Both the position numbers and the translations under genes were made by a program. The notes below the pieces were generated by a model that did no database searches, was not told where the DNA came from, and saw only the letters and a program-made list of their open reading frames with translations. A stretch of 54,361 nucleotides of DNA from Candidatus Latescibacterota bacterium (lineage in GTDB: Bacteria > Latescibacterota > UBA2968 > GCA-2709665): NCBI GenBank assembly GCA_963662665.2, contig CAXXJS010000057.1, positions 1 to 54,361 on the forward strand. Direction: 5' to 3'. Below, one piece after another: positions 1 to 9,789 of this stretch (position 1 is its first letter; every line of letters starts with the position of its first letter).

Positions 1-1
1 C

Positions 2-715
2 AAACCCTATCTGATTGAAGAGACCTACGAAGCCCTGGACGCGATAGACAGGGATGACGCGGATTGCCTGCGGGACGAATTGGGTGACGTACTCCTTCAA
101 GTCGTCTTCCACGCGCAACTTGCCCGGGAGAACGGCCGGTTCAACCTGGATGACGTCGCGGCCGCCACGTCTGAAAAACTTATTCGCCGGCATCCCCACG
201 TATTCGGGAGTGCTACCGCGGACACCCCGGGGCAGGTGGTTGACAACTGGGAAGCCATAAAGTCGCGGGAAAAGTCGATGAAGGGTCTGAATCCGTCCAT
301 CCTCGACGGCATACCCGTGCACCTTCCAGCATTGTTAAGAGCGCGACGCGTACAGGAGCGGGCGGCCAGATCGGGCTTCGACTGGACAGACACCGACGAG
401 GTCGTAGACAAGGTACGCGAGGAAGTTGACGAGTTTCTGGAAGCGTGGCGCGGCGCGGACCAGACGGGCGTGGAAGAAGAGTTCGGCGACCTCATTTTCT
501 CCCTGGTCAACCTCGCCAGGTTTCTGAAAGTCTGCCCTGAAAACGCGCTACGGAAGACCGTCGGGAAATTCGAGAGCCGCTTTCAATACATAGAACAGGA
601 ACTCGAAAAACAGGGCAAGGAGCCCCGGAACGCCAGTATGGAAGAAATGGACCGGTTGTGGGAAGCATCAAAAAAACTCCGGTCGGAAGGGTCCGCAGCC
701 GATCATGATTCGTGA
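2..715 (+). CDS. mazG: Nucleoside triphosphate pyrophosphohydrolase MazG (5' end lies outside the window)
   Basis: Frame open from base 2 (KPYLIEETYEALDAI...ELGDVLLQVVFH). Motifs KLIRRHPHVF, KVREEVDE, EEEFGDLIFSLVNLAR and MEEMDRLWE give the tandem MazG domains. Confidence 0.95.
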   Translation, partial: KPYLIEETYEALDAIDRDDADCLRDELGDVLLQVVFHAQLARENGRFNLDDVAAATSEKLIRRHPHVFGSATADTPGQVVDNWEAIKSREKSMKGLNPSILDGIPVHLPALLRARRVQERAARSGFDWTDTDEVVDKVREEVDEFLEAWRGADQTGVEEEFGDLIFSLVNLARFLKVCPENALRKTVGKFESRFQYIEQELEKQGKEPRNASMEEMDRLWEASKKLRSEGSAADHDS

Positions 716-877
716 GTCGGCCTTCCGGTGTCCGCCGGACCTTAATCTCGTCGGCGGCTGCCATGGTGCAACGCAGCAAGAGACGAAACAGCCGGGCGGC
801 GTCAGTGCCGCGACGGAATCGCATGCCGCCTGTCGGATTCAGGAATAATGCGGTTCAGTTGTGCCGGTCCCCATTCG

Positions 878-1834
878 TCACTTCCCCACCGTTCGTTCAT
901 ACACCTGCACAGCGGACATCAGGTCCTGAATTGCCATTCCCGTAAAATAGGCAATTGTGCCCCGGCCCCGCCGGTCTTCCAGGCGGCCCAGCGCCGCGTC
1001 TCCAATAGTCAGGACTTTACCTTCACCGTTTGCGGTGAACCTCTCCTCGCCCAATCCGGCCGACAGGAAATCTCCCGACTTCAGAGCCTGTTCAGGATGG
1101 TCGGCAACCACCTCCCGGCTGCACAGCAGTTCAGGTGCGAGTTGGGTTGTTCTCGGATCACCCGCAATCACGGACAGATGCACCGTGCCCGCAACGTCCG
1201 AACGGCCCAGAATCGGGCGAGGCGTGGGAACCGCCGCCAGCACGGCATCCGCGCCGTCCAGACATGCGCCAATCGAGTTGGCCACACGTACCCTTGCACT
1301 CACCCGGGGTTCCACGAAAGCGGCGAATTTCTCGAGGTTTTCGGCGCTTCTGCTGGTCGCCCGGATCTCTCGCGGCCCGAGGGCGGCGTCGGCGCAAAGG
1401 GCGAGCGCGCGTGAAATCCTTCCTGTACCCACAATCGCCAGCATATCCGCATTGCCGCCCAGGTAGCGGACACCCAGTGCGCCCGCCGCGCCCGTGCGCA
1501 TATTGGTCAGATATTCCGCGTCCAGTACAGCCCTCCGACCCGTCGTCAGGTCGTGCAGTTCTACTACGGCACTGCGGCCTGCAAGTCGACCGGAGGAGAC
1601 GTTGGATCGCTCTTCTATTACCTTCGTCGCGCGGTACCTGCCCGGCCACTGTGCGGGCATTTCGAGTCGAAACAGGTCCGCGCCATCGGTCCTGCGCACC
1701 GTTTCCCGCCGCGGCGGATTCGACATGTGTCCCAACCCGTAGAGGCGGAACGCCCGGTCACAGCCGGCAATGACGTCTTCAACCGGGAGAATTTCCTCGA
1801 CTTCCGCATCTGAGATCTTCAATGTGCCTTCCAA
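878..1834 (-). CDS. Ornithine cyclodeaminase / mu-crystallin family protein
   Basis: Motifs LTNMRTGAAGALG and Rossmann IVGTGRI, C-terminal TGMAIQD. Likely TTG start at 1834 behind GAGGGT; the ORF-track start at 2104 looks over-extended. Confidence 0.85.
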   Translation of the reverse strand: MEGTLKISDAEVEEILPVEDVIAGCDRAFRLYGLGHMSNPPRRETVRRTDGADLFRLEMPAQWPGRYRATKVIEERSNVSSGRLAGRSAVVELHDLTTGRRAVLDAEYLTNMRTGAAGALGVRYLGGNADMLAIVGTGRISRALALCADAALGPREIRATSRSAENLEKFAAFVEPRVSARVRVANSIGACLDGADAVLAAVPTPRPILGRSDVAGTVHLSVIAGDPRTTQLAPELLCSREVVADHPEQALKSGDFLSAGLGEERFTANGEGKVLTIGDAALGRLEDRRGRGTIAYFTGMAIQDLMSAVQVYERTVGK

Positions 1835-2116
1835 CGGCCCACCCTCAATTCGTTTATTGAGACATCCATGCAAAAGATGGTTGCAATGCGGATGACGACG
1901 TTGACCGCGCCGAATTGGACCTGCACGGAGACCGATTGCAGACCGGAACAACCGATGCCGGCGCGAGACCGGTTCCCCAGTTGTCTCTACACAAGGCGAA
2001 CCGGGTCCATCCGAACTTACGTGACCATTGCCACATTGTGAAGAGAAAAATCGAATGACGCCGCGAGATGCCCAGCCGCACCCAACCGGGCGCGCCCCAA
2101 GCACGGAAATTCGACT

Positions 2117-2153
2117 TGACGGGCCTCAGTTCAGGACCAATATTGGAGTCCTG
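2117..2153 (+). promoter_or_regulatory. Putative sigma70 promoter with overlapping palindromic operator
   Basis: TTGACG at 2117, then the imperfect palindrome CAGGAC-CAATATTG-GAGTCCTG (core CCAATATTGG) over the expected -10 region, upstream of the dehydratase. Confidence 0.4.
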
Positions 2154-2197
2154 TTTCAATAAGATTCGACCCTCCGGGACATTACACGAGGCATTTC

Positions 2198-3364
2198 ATG
2201 AAAATCACGGACGTCGAGACATTCATTGCCGGCAACCCCTGGAAAAACTGGCTTTTTACGCGCGTTCAAACGGACGAGGGCGTTTACGGTGTCGGTGAAG
2301 GAACGGTCAACTTTATGGCGAAGACCGTCGAATCCGCAATCCACGAACTCAGGCCGCAGTGGGAGGGGCAGGATCCGTTCCAGCCCGAACGCATTCTCCA
2401 GCGGATGTACCGCGACGTGTACACCGACGGCGGTCAGATCCATAAACACGCGATTGCGGCCATCGAAGTCGCGTGCTGGGACATTATGGGCAAGTGCCTG
2501 AACAAACCTGTATACCAGCTCCTGGGCGGCCAGATGCGCAACAGTATCAGAGCCTACGCAAACGGCTGGTATCGCGGTCCGCGGACGCCGGAGAACTTCC
2601 ACGAGAAGGCGAAAGACGTGGTCGGCCGGGGGTACACCGCCCTCAAATTCGATCCCTTCGGCTCCGCCTACCAGATTACGGATCTGGACGACGAGGCGCT
2701 GGCAATCGACATCATCGCGGCCGTGCGCGACGCCGTGGGACCCGGCGTAGACGTTCTGGTGGAAGGGCATTGCCGTTTCAGTACTTCCACCGCCCTCAAG
2801 TTCGCCCGCAAAATGGAACCCTACAACCCAACCTGGTTTGAAGAACCGACGCCCCACCACAAGATTGACGCCCTCGTTCAGGTTGCGAGAGAGTCGCCGG
2901 TGCCCATTGCCACGGGGGAGAGCCTTCATACGAAATATCAATTTGCAGAACTGCTGAAGCACGACGCCGTTCACATCCTTCAGCCGGAACCCCTGGCCTG
3001 CGGCGGGCTCTGGCCCACCCGCATGATATGCGATATGGTCGACGCGCACTATGGCGTTGTCGCGCCGCACGACGCCCAGGGTCCCGTTTGTACCGCCGTC
3101 TGCCTGCAACTGGCGGCGTGTACTCCGAACCATTTCATTCAGGAAACCTTCGACGAATTCAACGTTCCGTGGGAACGGGACCTTGTTACGGGCGAAAGGT
3201 TCGACGTCGTGGACGGCTACTTCCGGTTGCCGACCGCGCCCGGCCTGGGCATCGACCTGAACGTTGACGAGATTCGCAGACACCCCTATTCCGTGAACAA
3301 CCACCTGCCGCTCTTCCGGGACGGTTGGGAACGCCGCGTTTCCCAGGAGGAAGTGAAGCCATGA
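2198..3364 (+). CDS. Mandelate racemase / muconate lactonizing (enolase superfamily) enzyme, galactonate dehydratase-like
   Basis: MKITDVETF start, AIAAIEVACWDIMGK, PVYQLLGG, ALKFDPF, WFEEP, PIATGE, APH and PTAPGLGIDLN. Confidence 0.9.
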   Translation: MKITDVETFIAGNPWKNWLFTRVQTDEGVYGVGEGTVNFMAKTVESAIHELRPQWEGQDPFQPERILQRMYRDVYTDGGQIHKHAIAAIEVACWDIMGKCLNKPVYQLLGGQMRNSIRAYANGWYRGPRTPENFHEKAKDVVGRGYTALKFDPFGSAYQITDLDDEALAIDIIAAVRDAVGPGVDVLVEGHCRFSTSTALKFARKMEPYNPTWFEEPTPHHKIDALVQVARESPVPIATGESLHTKYQFAELLKHDAVHILQPEPLACGGLWPTRMICDMVDAHYGVVAPHDAQGPVCTAVCLQLAACTPNHFIQETFDEFNVPWERDLVTGERFDVVDGYFRLPTAPGLGIDLNVDEIRRHPYSVNNHLPLFRDGWERRVSQEEVKP

Positions 3365-4731
3365 ACGTCGTCTTCATCGTACTCGACAGCTTCAGGCAGG
3401 ATCACGTGAGCCTGTATAACGGCGGAAGGGCGCCCTTTCCCGGAATCGACCCGTGCAGGACGCCCAATATCGACGCATTTGCCGAGGAGGCCGTGGTTTT
3501 CGACAACGCCTACCCCGAGGCCCTGCCGACCATTCCCATTCGCTGCCAGCTGATGACCGGCCAACGTACGCTTCACAGCCGCGGCTGGCAACCCCTCACC
3601 CCGGAAGACGTCCACGTCGCCCAGATACTCTCGGACGAGGATTATATCTGCGGCCTCGTTTCAGATACGTACCACTACCGCGCTCCAGGGATGAATTATC
3701 ACCGGAACTTCGCCTCGTATGACTGGATCCGCGGCCAGGAATACGATCCCTGGATCTCAGCGCCGGCCAGACGCGATATCGAGGACTACGTAAACGGGAA
3801 CTATCCCGATACCTGGCGCCGGCGCATCTCCCAGTTCCTGGCCAACACGGACGGCTTCCACTCCGCGGAAGACGGTTTTGCGTGGAAGGTGGTCGACAGT
3901 GCGATTCACTGGCTGGAAACCAACCGCACGCACGAAAACGTCATGCTTTGGGTGGACTCCTTCGACCCGCACGAACCCTGGGACCCTATACCGGAATTCG
4001 ACACCTACACCGATCCCGGCTACCGGGGCCCCCGCCTCATTATGCCGATGGGAGGGCCATCGGAAGGTTGGGCCTCGTCCGAAGAGATTTCCCACGTCCA
4101 GGGTCTCTACGCGGGGGAGTGCGCCCTTGTGGACCACTGCCTCGGCCGGCTCTTCCAGGCCCTGAAAGACCTTGGATATTACGACGATAGCGTCATTTTT
4201 CTCCTGGCCGACCACGGACATCCTCTGAACGACCACGGGAAATTCCTCAAGGGTGCGGACCGGATGTACAACGAACTGCTCAAGGTCCCATTCGTCGTCC
4301 GGCTGCCAGGCGGGAAACACGGGGGCCGCCGGACTTCCGCGATCGTACAGTTTCACGACGTGCTGCCCACCCTCCTCGACGCACTCGACCTGCACGTCAA
4401 CACCGATGCAATGGCAGGTAAGAGCTTTATGCCGGTGCTCACAGGGGACGCGGAAGAACACCGGCGTCAGATAATCACCGGCTATCACGGCGGAATCGAC
4501 CGTTGCACCCGCGATAACACCTGGAGCTATATCCAGCGGCCTCCGGGTGAGCCCGATGAGCTGTACCGTCTTCCGGACGATTCCAGGGAACGAATCAACC
4601 TCGTCGACGATCACCCCGACGAAGCCCTGCGCCTGGCCGCCGCGTTCGGGAAGGCATTCAAACGCCGGTCGTCGAATACCGTCAAGGGGGTCCAGGGGGA
4701 ATATGAAATGGCCTCATCGAGCATCGAGTGA
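3361..4731 (+). CDS. Sulfatase-like hydrolase (alkaline phosphatase superfamily) with a TxPxR active-site motif
   Basis: NVVFIVLDSFRQD, TPNID, PTIPIRCQLMTG, FDPHEPW, ADHG and LKVPF. ATG at 3361 overlaps the upstream stop (ATGA). Confidence 0.9.
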   Translation: MNVVFIVLDSFRQDHVSLYNGGRAPFPGIDPCRTPNIDAFAEEAVVFDNAYPEALPTIPIRCQLMTGQRTLHSRGWQPLTPEDVHVAQILSDEDYICGLVSDTYHYRAPGMNYHRNFASYDWIRGQEYDPWISAPARRDIEDYVNGNYPDTWRRRISQFLANTDGFHSAEDGFAWKVVDSAIHWLETNRTHENVMLWVDSFDPHEPWDPIPEFDTYTDPGYRGPRLIMPMGGPSEGWASSEEISHVQGLYAGECALVDHCLGRLFQALKDLGYYDDSVIFLLADHGHPLNDHGKFLKGADRMYNELLKVPFVVRLPGGKHGGRRTSAIVQFHDVLPTLLDALDLHVNTDAMAGKSFMPVLTGDAEEHRRQIITGYHGGIDRCTRDNTWSYIQRPPGEPDELYRLPDDSRERINLVDDHPDEALRLAAAFGKAFKRRSSNTVKGVQGEYEMASSSIE

Positions 4732-4891
4732 CCGGACATTTTATGTCGCGGGCCCGGAACGCTCGACCTGACCTTCGTTCCCTGATCCTGTCGAAGTTAG
4801 AACCAGACGGCAATGATCCCGGAGCAGCGGTACGGGTCAACTACCATATGCTGCTCCTGATTATACGTTCACGTCTGAAAGAGGAGACCCT

Positions 4892-5632
4892 GTGAAAAAT
4901 GCCGTGAAAGCGAAACTTCTGAAGGGCGAACTCTCCGTGGGAGGCTGGTTGAACCTCGGCTCTCCGCTGGCCGCCGAACTCATGGCGGCCGCCGGGTACG
5001 AGTGGCTGGCCATCGACGCGGAACATTCGCCATTCGACATCCCCCTGATCGCGGACACATTCCGGGCAATCGAGGCCCGCGGGGCCGTGCCGTTCGTCCG
5101 CGCCTGGGACCACGACCCCGTATCGCTTGCCCGCATCCTGGATGCCGGCGCGTACGGCATCATCGTGCCGCACGTGAGTACGCCCCGGCAGGCCGAAGCC
5201 CTGGTGCAGGCCATGCGCTATCCTCCCGAAGGCGCCCGCTCCGCCGGTACGGGACGGGTCGCCGTGTACGGCGACGAATATCGCCGGAGCGCCAACGACG
5301 CGGTGATGATCGTACCCCAGATTGAAGACATGGAGGGAATCAACAACACCGAAGCCATCATGTCGGTGGAGGGAATCGACGTGGGTTTCCTGGGACCCGG
5401 CGACCTGGCCCTCTCAATGGGTGTGAACCGGGGCCACCCGGACCACGAAAACGCCATTCAGACATTCGTATCCGGATGCAGGAACGCCGGCAAACCCTAC
5501 GGGATGCCCGAACGCGACCTGGACATTGTCAGGAAACGCATACGCGAGGGATTTACGTTCATGGACGTCGCCAGCGATCTGCGCACCCTCGAAGCGGGTG
5601 TACAGAAGGCGCTGGCCGAGGTCGGAACCTGA
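4892..5632 (+). CDS. HpcH/HpaI class II aldolase family protein
   Basis: IDAEHSP, LDAGAYGIIVPHV, RYPPEGARS, QIED and FLGPGDL. GGAG RBS ahead of the GTG start. Confidence 0.9.
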   Translation: MKNAVKAKLLKGELSVGGWLNLGSPLAAELMAAAGYEWLAIDAEHSPFDIPLIADTFRAIEARGAVPFVRAWDHDPVSLARILDAGAYGIIVPHVSTPRQAEALVQAMRYPPEGARSAGTGRVAVYGDEYRRSANDAVMIVPQIEDMEGINNTEAIMSVEGIDVGFLGPGDLALSMGVNRGHPDHENAIQTFVSGCRNAGKPYGMPERDLDIVRKRIREGFTFMDVASDLRTLEAGVQKALAEVGT

Positions 5633-5680
5633 AAGACCAGGCGGGTGACCTCTCACCCCGGCCACCCGAAGCGCAATATA

Positions 5681-6892
5681 TCAGACCAGGTTTCCCTCCG
5701 CGCGGCTGTTCGGACCCGACAACACAATGGGTTCCCGCATCCCCACACACATGTTGCCGCCCATCAGGTTGTAGTCGCTGGATCCGCTTTCCACGATGCC
5801 CCGGGTCTGAGTGGGATTCGCCTGATCGTCGACGCAACGGTTGCCGCGTACTATCGTCCGCTCGAGATCGTGCAACCGGATTCCCGGCCAGCGACCGGCC
5901 GCCTCCCGCGAATTGCTCAACAGCAGGTTACCCGCGATTACCTGCTCCTCGCCACGGCTGGCATCGATCCCGCAGCATTTGTTGTACGCGCAGACATTGT
6001 CGCTGACGATGTTGTGGTGGTCGCCGCCATTCGCCACCCCGCCGATCCCGTGCTGGCCATTACGTGAAAACACGCTGTCGCTGCACACCGTATGGTGTAC
6101 CTTGGCGCAGAAGAAAAACCCGTCGCCGCCGTTGCCTTCGGCGATATTGTGCGACCAGACGCTCGCGCGAAGGCCCGTGCCCGGATGAAACCCGTGACCG
6201 CGGCAACCGTGCGCCTGACAATGGGTTACCTGGACGTCGCTGCCGCGTTGTATTCCGAACCCGTCGCTCGGCCAGCCGCGCGCCGTGCAATTCATCACCC
6301 GCACACGCCGGCAGCCCACCAGATGGACCGCCGCGTACGTGAAATCCCACCAGGGTCCCCGGTATTGTCCGGGACCCCGTATGGTGAGGTCCCGAATCTC
6401 GAGATCGGCCTCATCCAGCGCGTAAATCGCCGGAAACAGCCGAATAGCCCGCGCGTTCTCATTCACCTTGAGTTCACGTTCCAGCGGCACGTCCAGCAGC
6501 ACCCGTGTCCTACATCGCTCCAGTACGATTCCGTGGGTACCGTGCCAGCCGGTCTGCCGATCGTCGCTGAGGCCGACGGCGTCGCCCGCCTGGAAGGGCG
6601 GCGGTGTGCGGCATTCGAATTCGTGTTCGCCTTCGCGGGCGTCGTTCTTGAGGGCGACGGATTCCGCCGACCGAATCGCCAGAACCGTTGCCGGCCCATC
6701 GCCGACCAGGCTCACGCACCGCGGCAGATAGACGGACTGCCGCAACACGTATGTGCCCGACGGCGCGCGGACCCGTCCTCCCGCCGGGGGCAGGGAAGCG
6801 ATTGCCTCGGCAATTCCGCACGTCGGGAGGGCCGGATCGTAGAAGTCGGCAACATTGACTTCGGCGCGTGGTCCCGACGACTCCGCCATCAT
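5681..6892 (-). CDS. Right-handed parallel beta-helix (pectate lyase-like) repeat protein
   Basis: IAEAIASLPPAGGRV..PSGTY..SVYL..VSLVGDG cap followed by Asn/Gly-rich PbH1 repeats. ATG at 6892 behind GGAG. No evident signal peptide. Confidence 0.75.
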   Translation of the reverse strand: MMAESSGPRAEVNVADFYDPALPTCGIAEAIASLPPAGGRVRAPSGTYVLRQSVYLPRCVSLVGDGPATVLAIRSAESVALKNDAREGEHEFECRTPPPFQAGDAVGLSDDRQTGWHGTHGIVLERCRTRVLLDVPLERELKVNENARAIRLFPAIYALDEADLEIRDLTIRGPGQYRGPWWDFTYAAVHLVGCRRVRVMNCTARGWPSDGFGIQRGSDVQVTHCQAHGCRGHGFHPGTGLRASVWSHNIAEGNGGDGFFFCAKVHHTVCSDSVFSRNGQHGIGGVANGGDHHNIVSDNVCAYNKCCGIDASRGEEQVIAGNLLLSNSREAAGRWPGIRLHDLERTIVRGNRCVDDQANPTQTRGIVESGSSDYNLMGGNMCVGMREPIVLSGPNSRAEGNLV

Positions 6893-6955
6893 TGTGCTCC
6901 ACATGCGAGATCCAATGCCCACAACCACGTCCCCGCCCGCGACGCGATTCCGCTC

Positions 6956-7684
6956 TCAGACCGCCGACGGTTCCAGAATAACCGTCACGCCCATATCCAG
7001 GTATTTCGACCGTTGTTCCGCCGCGGCGATCCGGTGACACACGGCCACACCGGTACCCTGGAGAGACGTTGCCACGTAGGCCACGGCGTCATCGACGGAC
7101 TTCAGGGCGTGATTGGGGTGCGACCTCAGGTTGAACGTCAGGTCGGTAGGTCCGAATGAAAGGCAATCCACCCCGGGCCTGGCCAGAAAGTGCGCCCGGG
7201 TGGCGGCCTCTACCGACTCGATCTGCAGCCACAACACTCCGTATGCGTTCCACCAGTCCGCGTATTCGAAGGGATCGGAGTACGCCGACGCCCCGCGGCG
7301 CGAACGACCGCCAACGCTCCGGATCCCCGCCTGCGGATAGTAAAATGCGTTCACCGCTTCGATAGCCGTCCCGTCCGTCTCCGTCTGCGGCACCTCGATA
7401 CCGCACGGCCCCAGGTCAAGGTAATTCCCGATCAGGTACGCGTTCCTGGTGTGTTTGATCCGAAACTGGACGAATACATCCAATTCCTCAGCGATTCCGC
7501 AGAATTCCACCAATCGCTCTTCATTCAGGGCCGAATGCTGGCTGTCCGCAGAAACAAAATCGTACGGACCGCTATCCATCACCTGCAGAAAACGCTCCCG
7601 TGTCGCATCCAGCGGCAGCATCGTACCCAGAATCTGCTCTCCGCAACGCATCCGTTTCTTCAGTCCAATGGCGTTTTCGAACAT
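6956..7684 (-). CDS. HpcH/HpaI aldolase family protein (divergent paralog)
   Basis: DSQH, YLDLGPCGIEVPQ, YYPQAGIRS, QIES and FGPTDL. Confidence 0.8.
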   Translation of the reverse strand: MFENAIGLKKRMRCGEQILGTMLPLDATRERFLQVMDSGPYDFVSADSQHSALNEERLVEFCGIAEELDVFVQFRIKHTRNAYLIGNYLDLGPCGIEVPQTETDGTAIEAVNAFYYPQAGIRSVGGRSRRGASAYSDPFEYADWWNAYGVLWLQIESVEAATRAHFLARPGVDCLSFGPTDLTFNLRSHPNHALKSVDDAVAYVATSLQGTGVAVCHRIAAAEQRSKYLDMGVTVILEPSAV

Positions 7685-7816
7685 TCACCCTCCGGTTTCG
7701 GTAACGTGTAGATAAGCGAAACGAGATCCGTTTCGGATCCTCAGTTGTCATACCGATTGCCAAAATCGTCGAAACTCTGGATTTTCCCGCAGTCCTGCGG
7801 AGGCGTTTCAGGTAGC

Positions 7817-9058
7817 TCAACGCAAGTCTTTCGCGTGCGCCCTTACCTTCTCGAATGCCAGGCAGAGATCCTTCATCCTGGCTTCGGAGGTGAGCAGCAC
7901 CGTCTGAGACAGCCAGACCCGGTCGTTGCAGGCCTTCTCTACGTTTGGTAGATGAAGGCTCCTGTAATCGGGCGCATCGCCACTATCGCTCCAGGCGAAG
8001 GGTTGATACGAACTGGTTTTCCAGTCGTTCTGAAACACGGGATTCCGATAGACCGGTTCGGTGTACCCTCCGCTTGCGGGCACCCCTTCCGCCCGCAGGG
8101 CCTGTAGAAACCGCTCTCGCGGTACTCCCTCGAACCCGTCCGCCGCGTAACGGGCGCTGAAAATGTGCCAGCTCGCCCCGGTTGCTTCCCGCAGTCTCTC
8201 GACCGGCTCGATGCCATCGATCCGCGACAGCGTTCGAGACAGCATCGCCGCATTCTGTTCCCGGATATCCGTTTGTTTCCGGACACGATCCAACTGGCAC
8301 AACAATAGCGCCGCCGCGAAATCCGTCATTCGATGATTGCCGCCCCAGCGCAATCCGTCAGGCGCCCGGTTGAACCGGGACCGTCCCGAATTGATCACGC
8401 AATTCATCCGATCTGCCACCTCTTCGTCGTTTGTCAGCGCGATTCCACCCTCCCCGCTCGTGATGTTCTTGCTTCGCTGAAAACTGAATCCAGACGCCAG
8501 GCCCCAGCTGCCCAGTCCCCGACCCAAATAAGACGCCCCCCAGCCATGGCAGGCGTCTTCCAGCACAATCAGATCGTGGCGGCGGGCGATCGTCTGAATC
8601 CGTTTCATATCGCAGGCCAGGCCGCCGAAATGAACCACCATAATTGCCTTCGATCGAGGGGTAATCGCCGATTCAATCGCATCGGGGTCGATATTGTCCG
8701 AATTCGGGGCGATGTCCGCGAACGTCACCGTCGCACCGGCCGCCAGAATACCCATGCACGTGCCGTGGAACGTATATGGACTGGTGATCACTTCATCTCC
8801 AACGCCGATCTGCGCGCCCCGGCACGCGGCTTCCAGCGCATTCGTGCCCCCACTGCACACCACGCCGTACGCCGCGCCCTGAAAGCGGGAGAACTTTTCT
8901 TCAAGTTCCAGGCATTTGGGGCCATAATTCCAGTTCCGGCTGTGCAACACCTCCAGCAACATGGCCTCTTCGGTCTGGTCGTACTGCGGCCAGGGATCCG
9001 CAATCGCTTGTGTCACGACGGGCTTTCCGCCCAACAGTGCGAGACGTCCGGACATCAT
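7817..9058 (-). CDS. DegT/DnrJ/EryC1/StrS family PLP-dependent sugar aminotransferase
   Basis: GTNALE, GDEVI, KAIMVVHFGG, LEDACH and FSFQRSKNITSGEGG (PLP lysine). Confidence 0.92.
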   Translation of the reverse strand: MMSGRLALLGGKPVVTQAIADPWPQYDQTEEAMLLEVLHSRNWNYGPKCLELEEKFSRFQGAAYGVVCSGGTNALEAACRGAQIGVGDEVITSPYTFHGTCMGILAAGATVTFADIAPNSDNIDPDAIESAITPRSKAIMVVHFGGLACDMKRIQTIARRHDLIVLEDACHGWGASYLGRGLGSWGLASGFSFQRSKNITSGEGGIALTNDEEVADRMNCVINSGRSRFNRAPDGLRWGGNHRMTDFAAALLLCQLDRVRKQTDIREQNAAMLSRTLSRIDGIEPVERLREATGASWHIFSARYAADGFEGVPRERFLQALRAEGVPASGGYTEPVYRNPVFQNDWKTSSYQPFAWSDSGDAPDYRSLHLPNVEKACNDRVWLSQTVLLTSEARMKDLCLAFEKVRAHAKDLR

Positions 9059-9153
9059 GCGCCTTTCAGATGGAAAAATTCAGCATTGCATTACGGACAG
9101 CGCGGACATACATTTCGAGATTCCTGGATACTAACGTCAAACGGAGTGCATTC

Positions 9154-9777
9154 ATGAGAGTCGTAGTCAGCAGCCGTTCCACGCCGTACAAATTTCATTC
9201 GCCCCACGGGCGCGTGCTCTTCTGTATGGAAGAGGCACAGCTTTCACACGAGCGCTTCGACGGCCGGATGAGCCCTGTGGTAAAACGGGTGAATTTCAAC
9301 CGGGGAGACAGCGTTGCGGTACTCCTCTACGCGTCGGAAACCGACGAAGTCGTCCTCGTCGAACAGTTCCGCTATCCCGTGTACGCGAGCTATCCTGAAT
9401 CGGAACGGGACGGCAAGGGCTGGATCCTCGAAACCGTCGCGGGCATTAAGGACGCCCAGGGGCCGGACGTCGCCAGGCGCGAGATACTCGAAGAGACGGG
9501 ATACGCCTTACGCGGCGAACTGGAACATCTCACCACCGTCTACGTCAGCCCGGGCGGCACCTCCGAACGCACCGAACTCTATCTCGCCCGCGTGAGTAAA
9601 CCGGATGGCATCCACAAGCACGCAGGGCTGGTAAGCGAAACTGAAGACATCCGCCCGCACACCATCCCCTTCGCGGAAGCCCTTGGCATGGTTGCAGACG
9701 GACGCATCGTAGACTCGAAGACAATTATCGCACTGTACATGCTCAAAGAGCGGCTGGACGCGAGGCGCGAAACGTAA
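9154..9777 (+). CDS. NUDIX hydrolase, ADP-ribose / GDP-mannose pyrophosphatase-like
   Basis: RGDSVAVL, LVEQFRYP, Nudix box AG...ARREILEETG, SPGGTSE and EDI..DSKTIIAL. ATG at 9154 behind GGAG. Confidence 0.88.
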   Translation: MRVVVSSRSTPYKFHSPHGRVLFCMEEAQLSHERFDGRMSPVVKRVNFNRGDSVAVLLYASETDEVVLVEQFRYPVYASYPESERDGKGWILETVAGIKDAQGPDVARREILEETGYALRGELEHLTTVYVSPGGTSERTELYLARVSKPDGIHKHAGLVSETEDIRPHTIPFAEALGMVADGRIVDSKTIIALYMLKERLDARRET

Positions 9778-9789
9778 GAATACAGCCCG

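Noticed and set aside
1835-2104. N-terminal extensions in the ORF track (OCD, CocE, WD40, M20, NUDIX, OMP, HicB)
   Set aside because: They overlap neighbouring genes or lack family similarity; better starts with an RBS or stop-start coupling exist downstream.
2156-3304. Long antisense ORF (382 aa); similar ones at 13348-14577, 25694-27025, 31244-32518 and 40733-42214
   Set aside because: Shadow ORFs opposite well-supported genes in GC-rich DNA, with no recognisable motifs.
7817-9058. Antibiotic or O-antigen biosynthetic cluster implied by DegT
   Set aside because: No adjacent nucleotidyltransferase, NDP-sugar dehydratase, PKS/NRPS or soluble glycosyltransferase.
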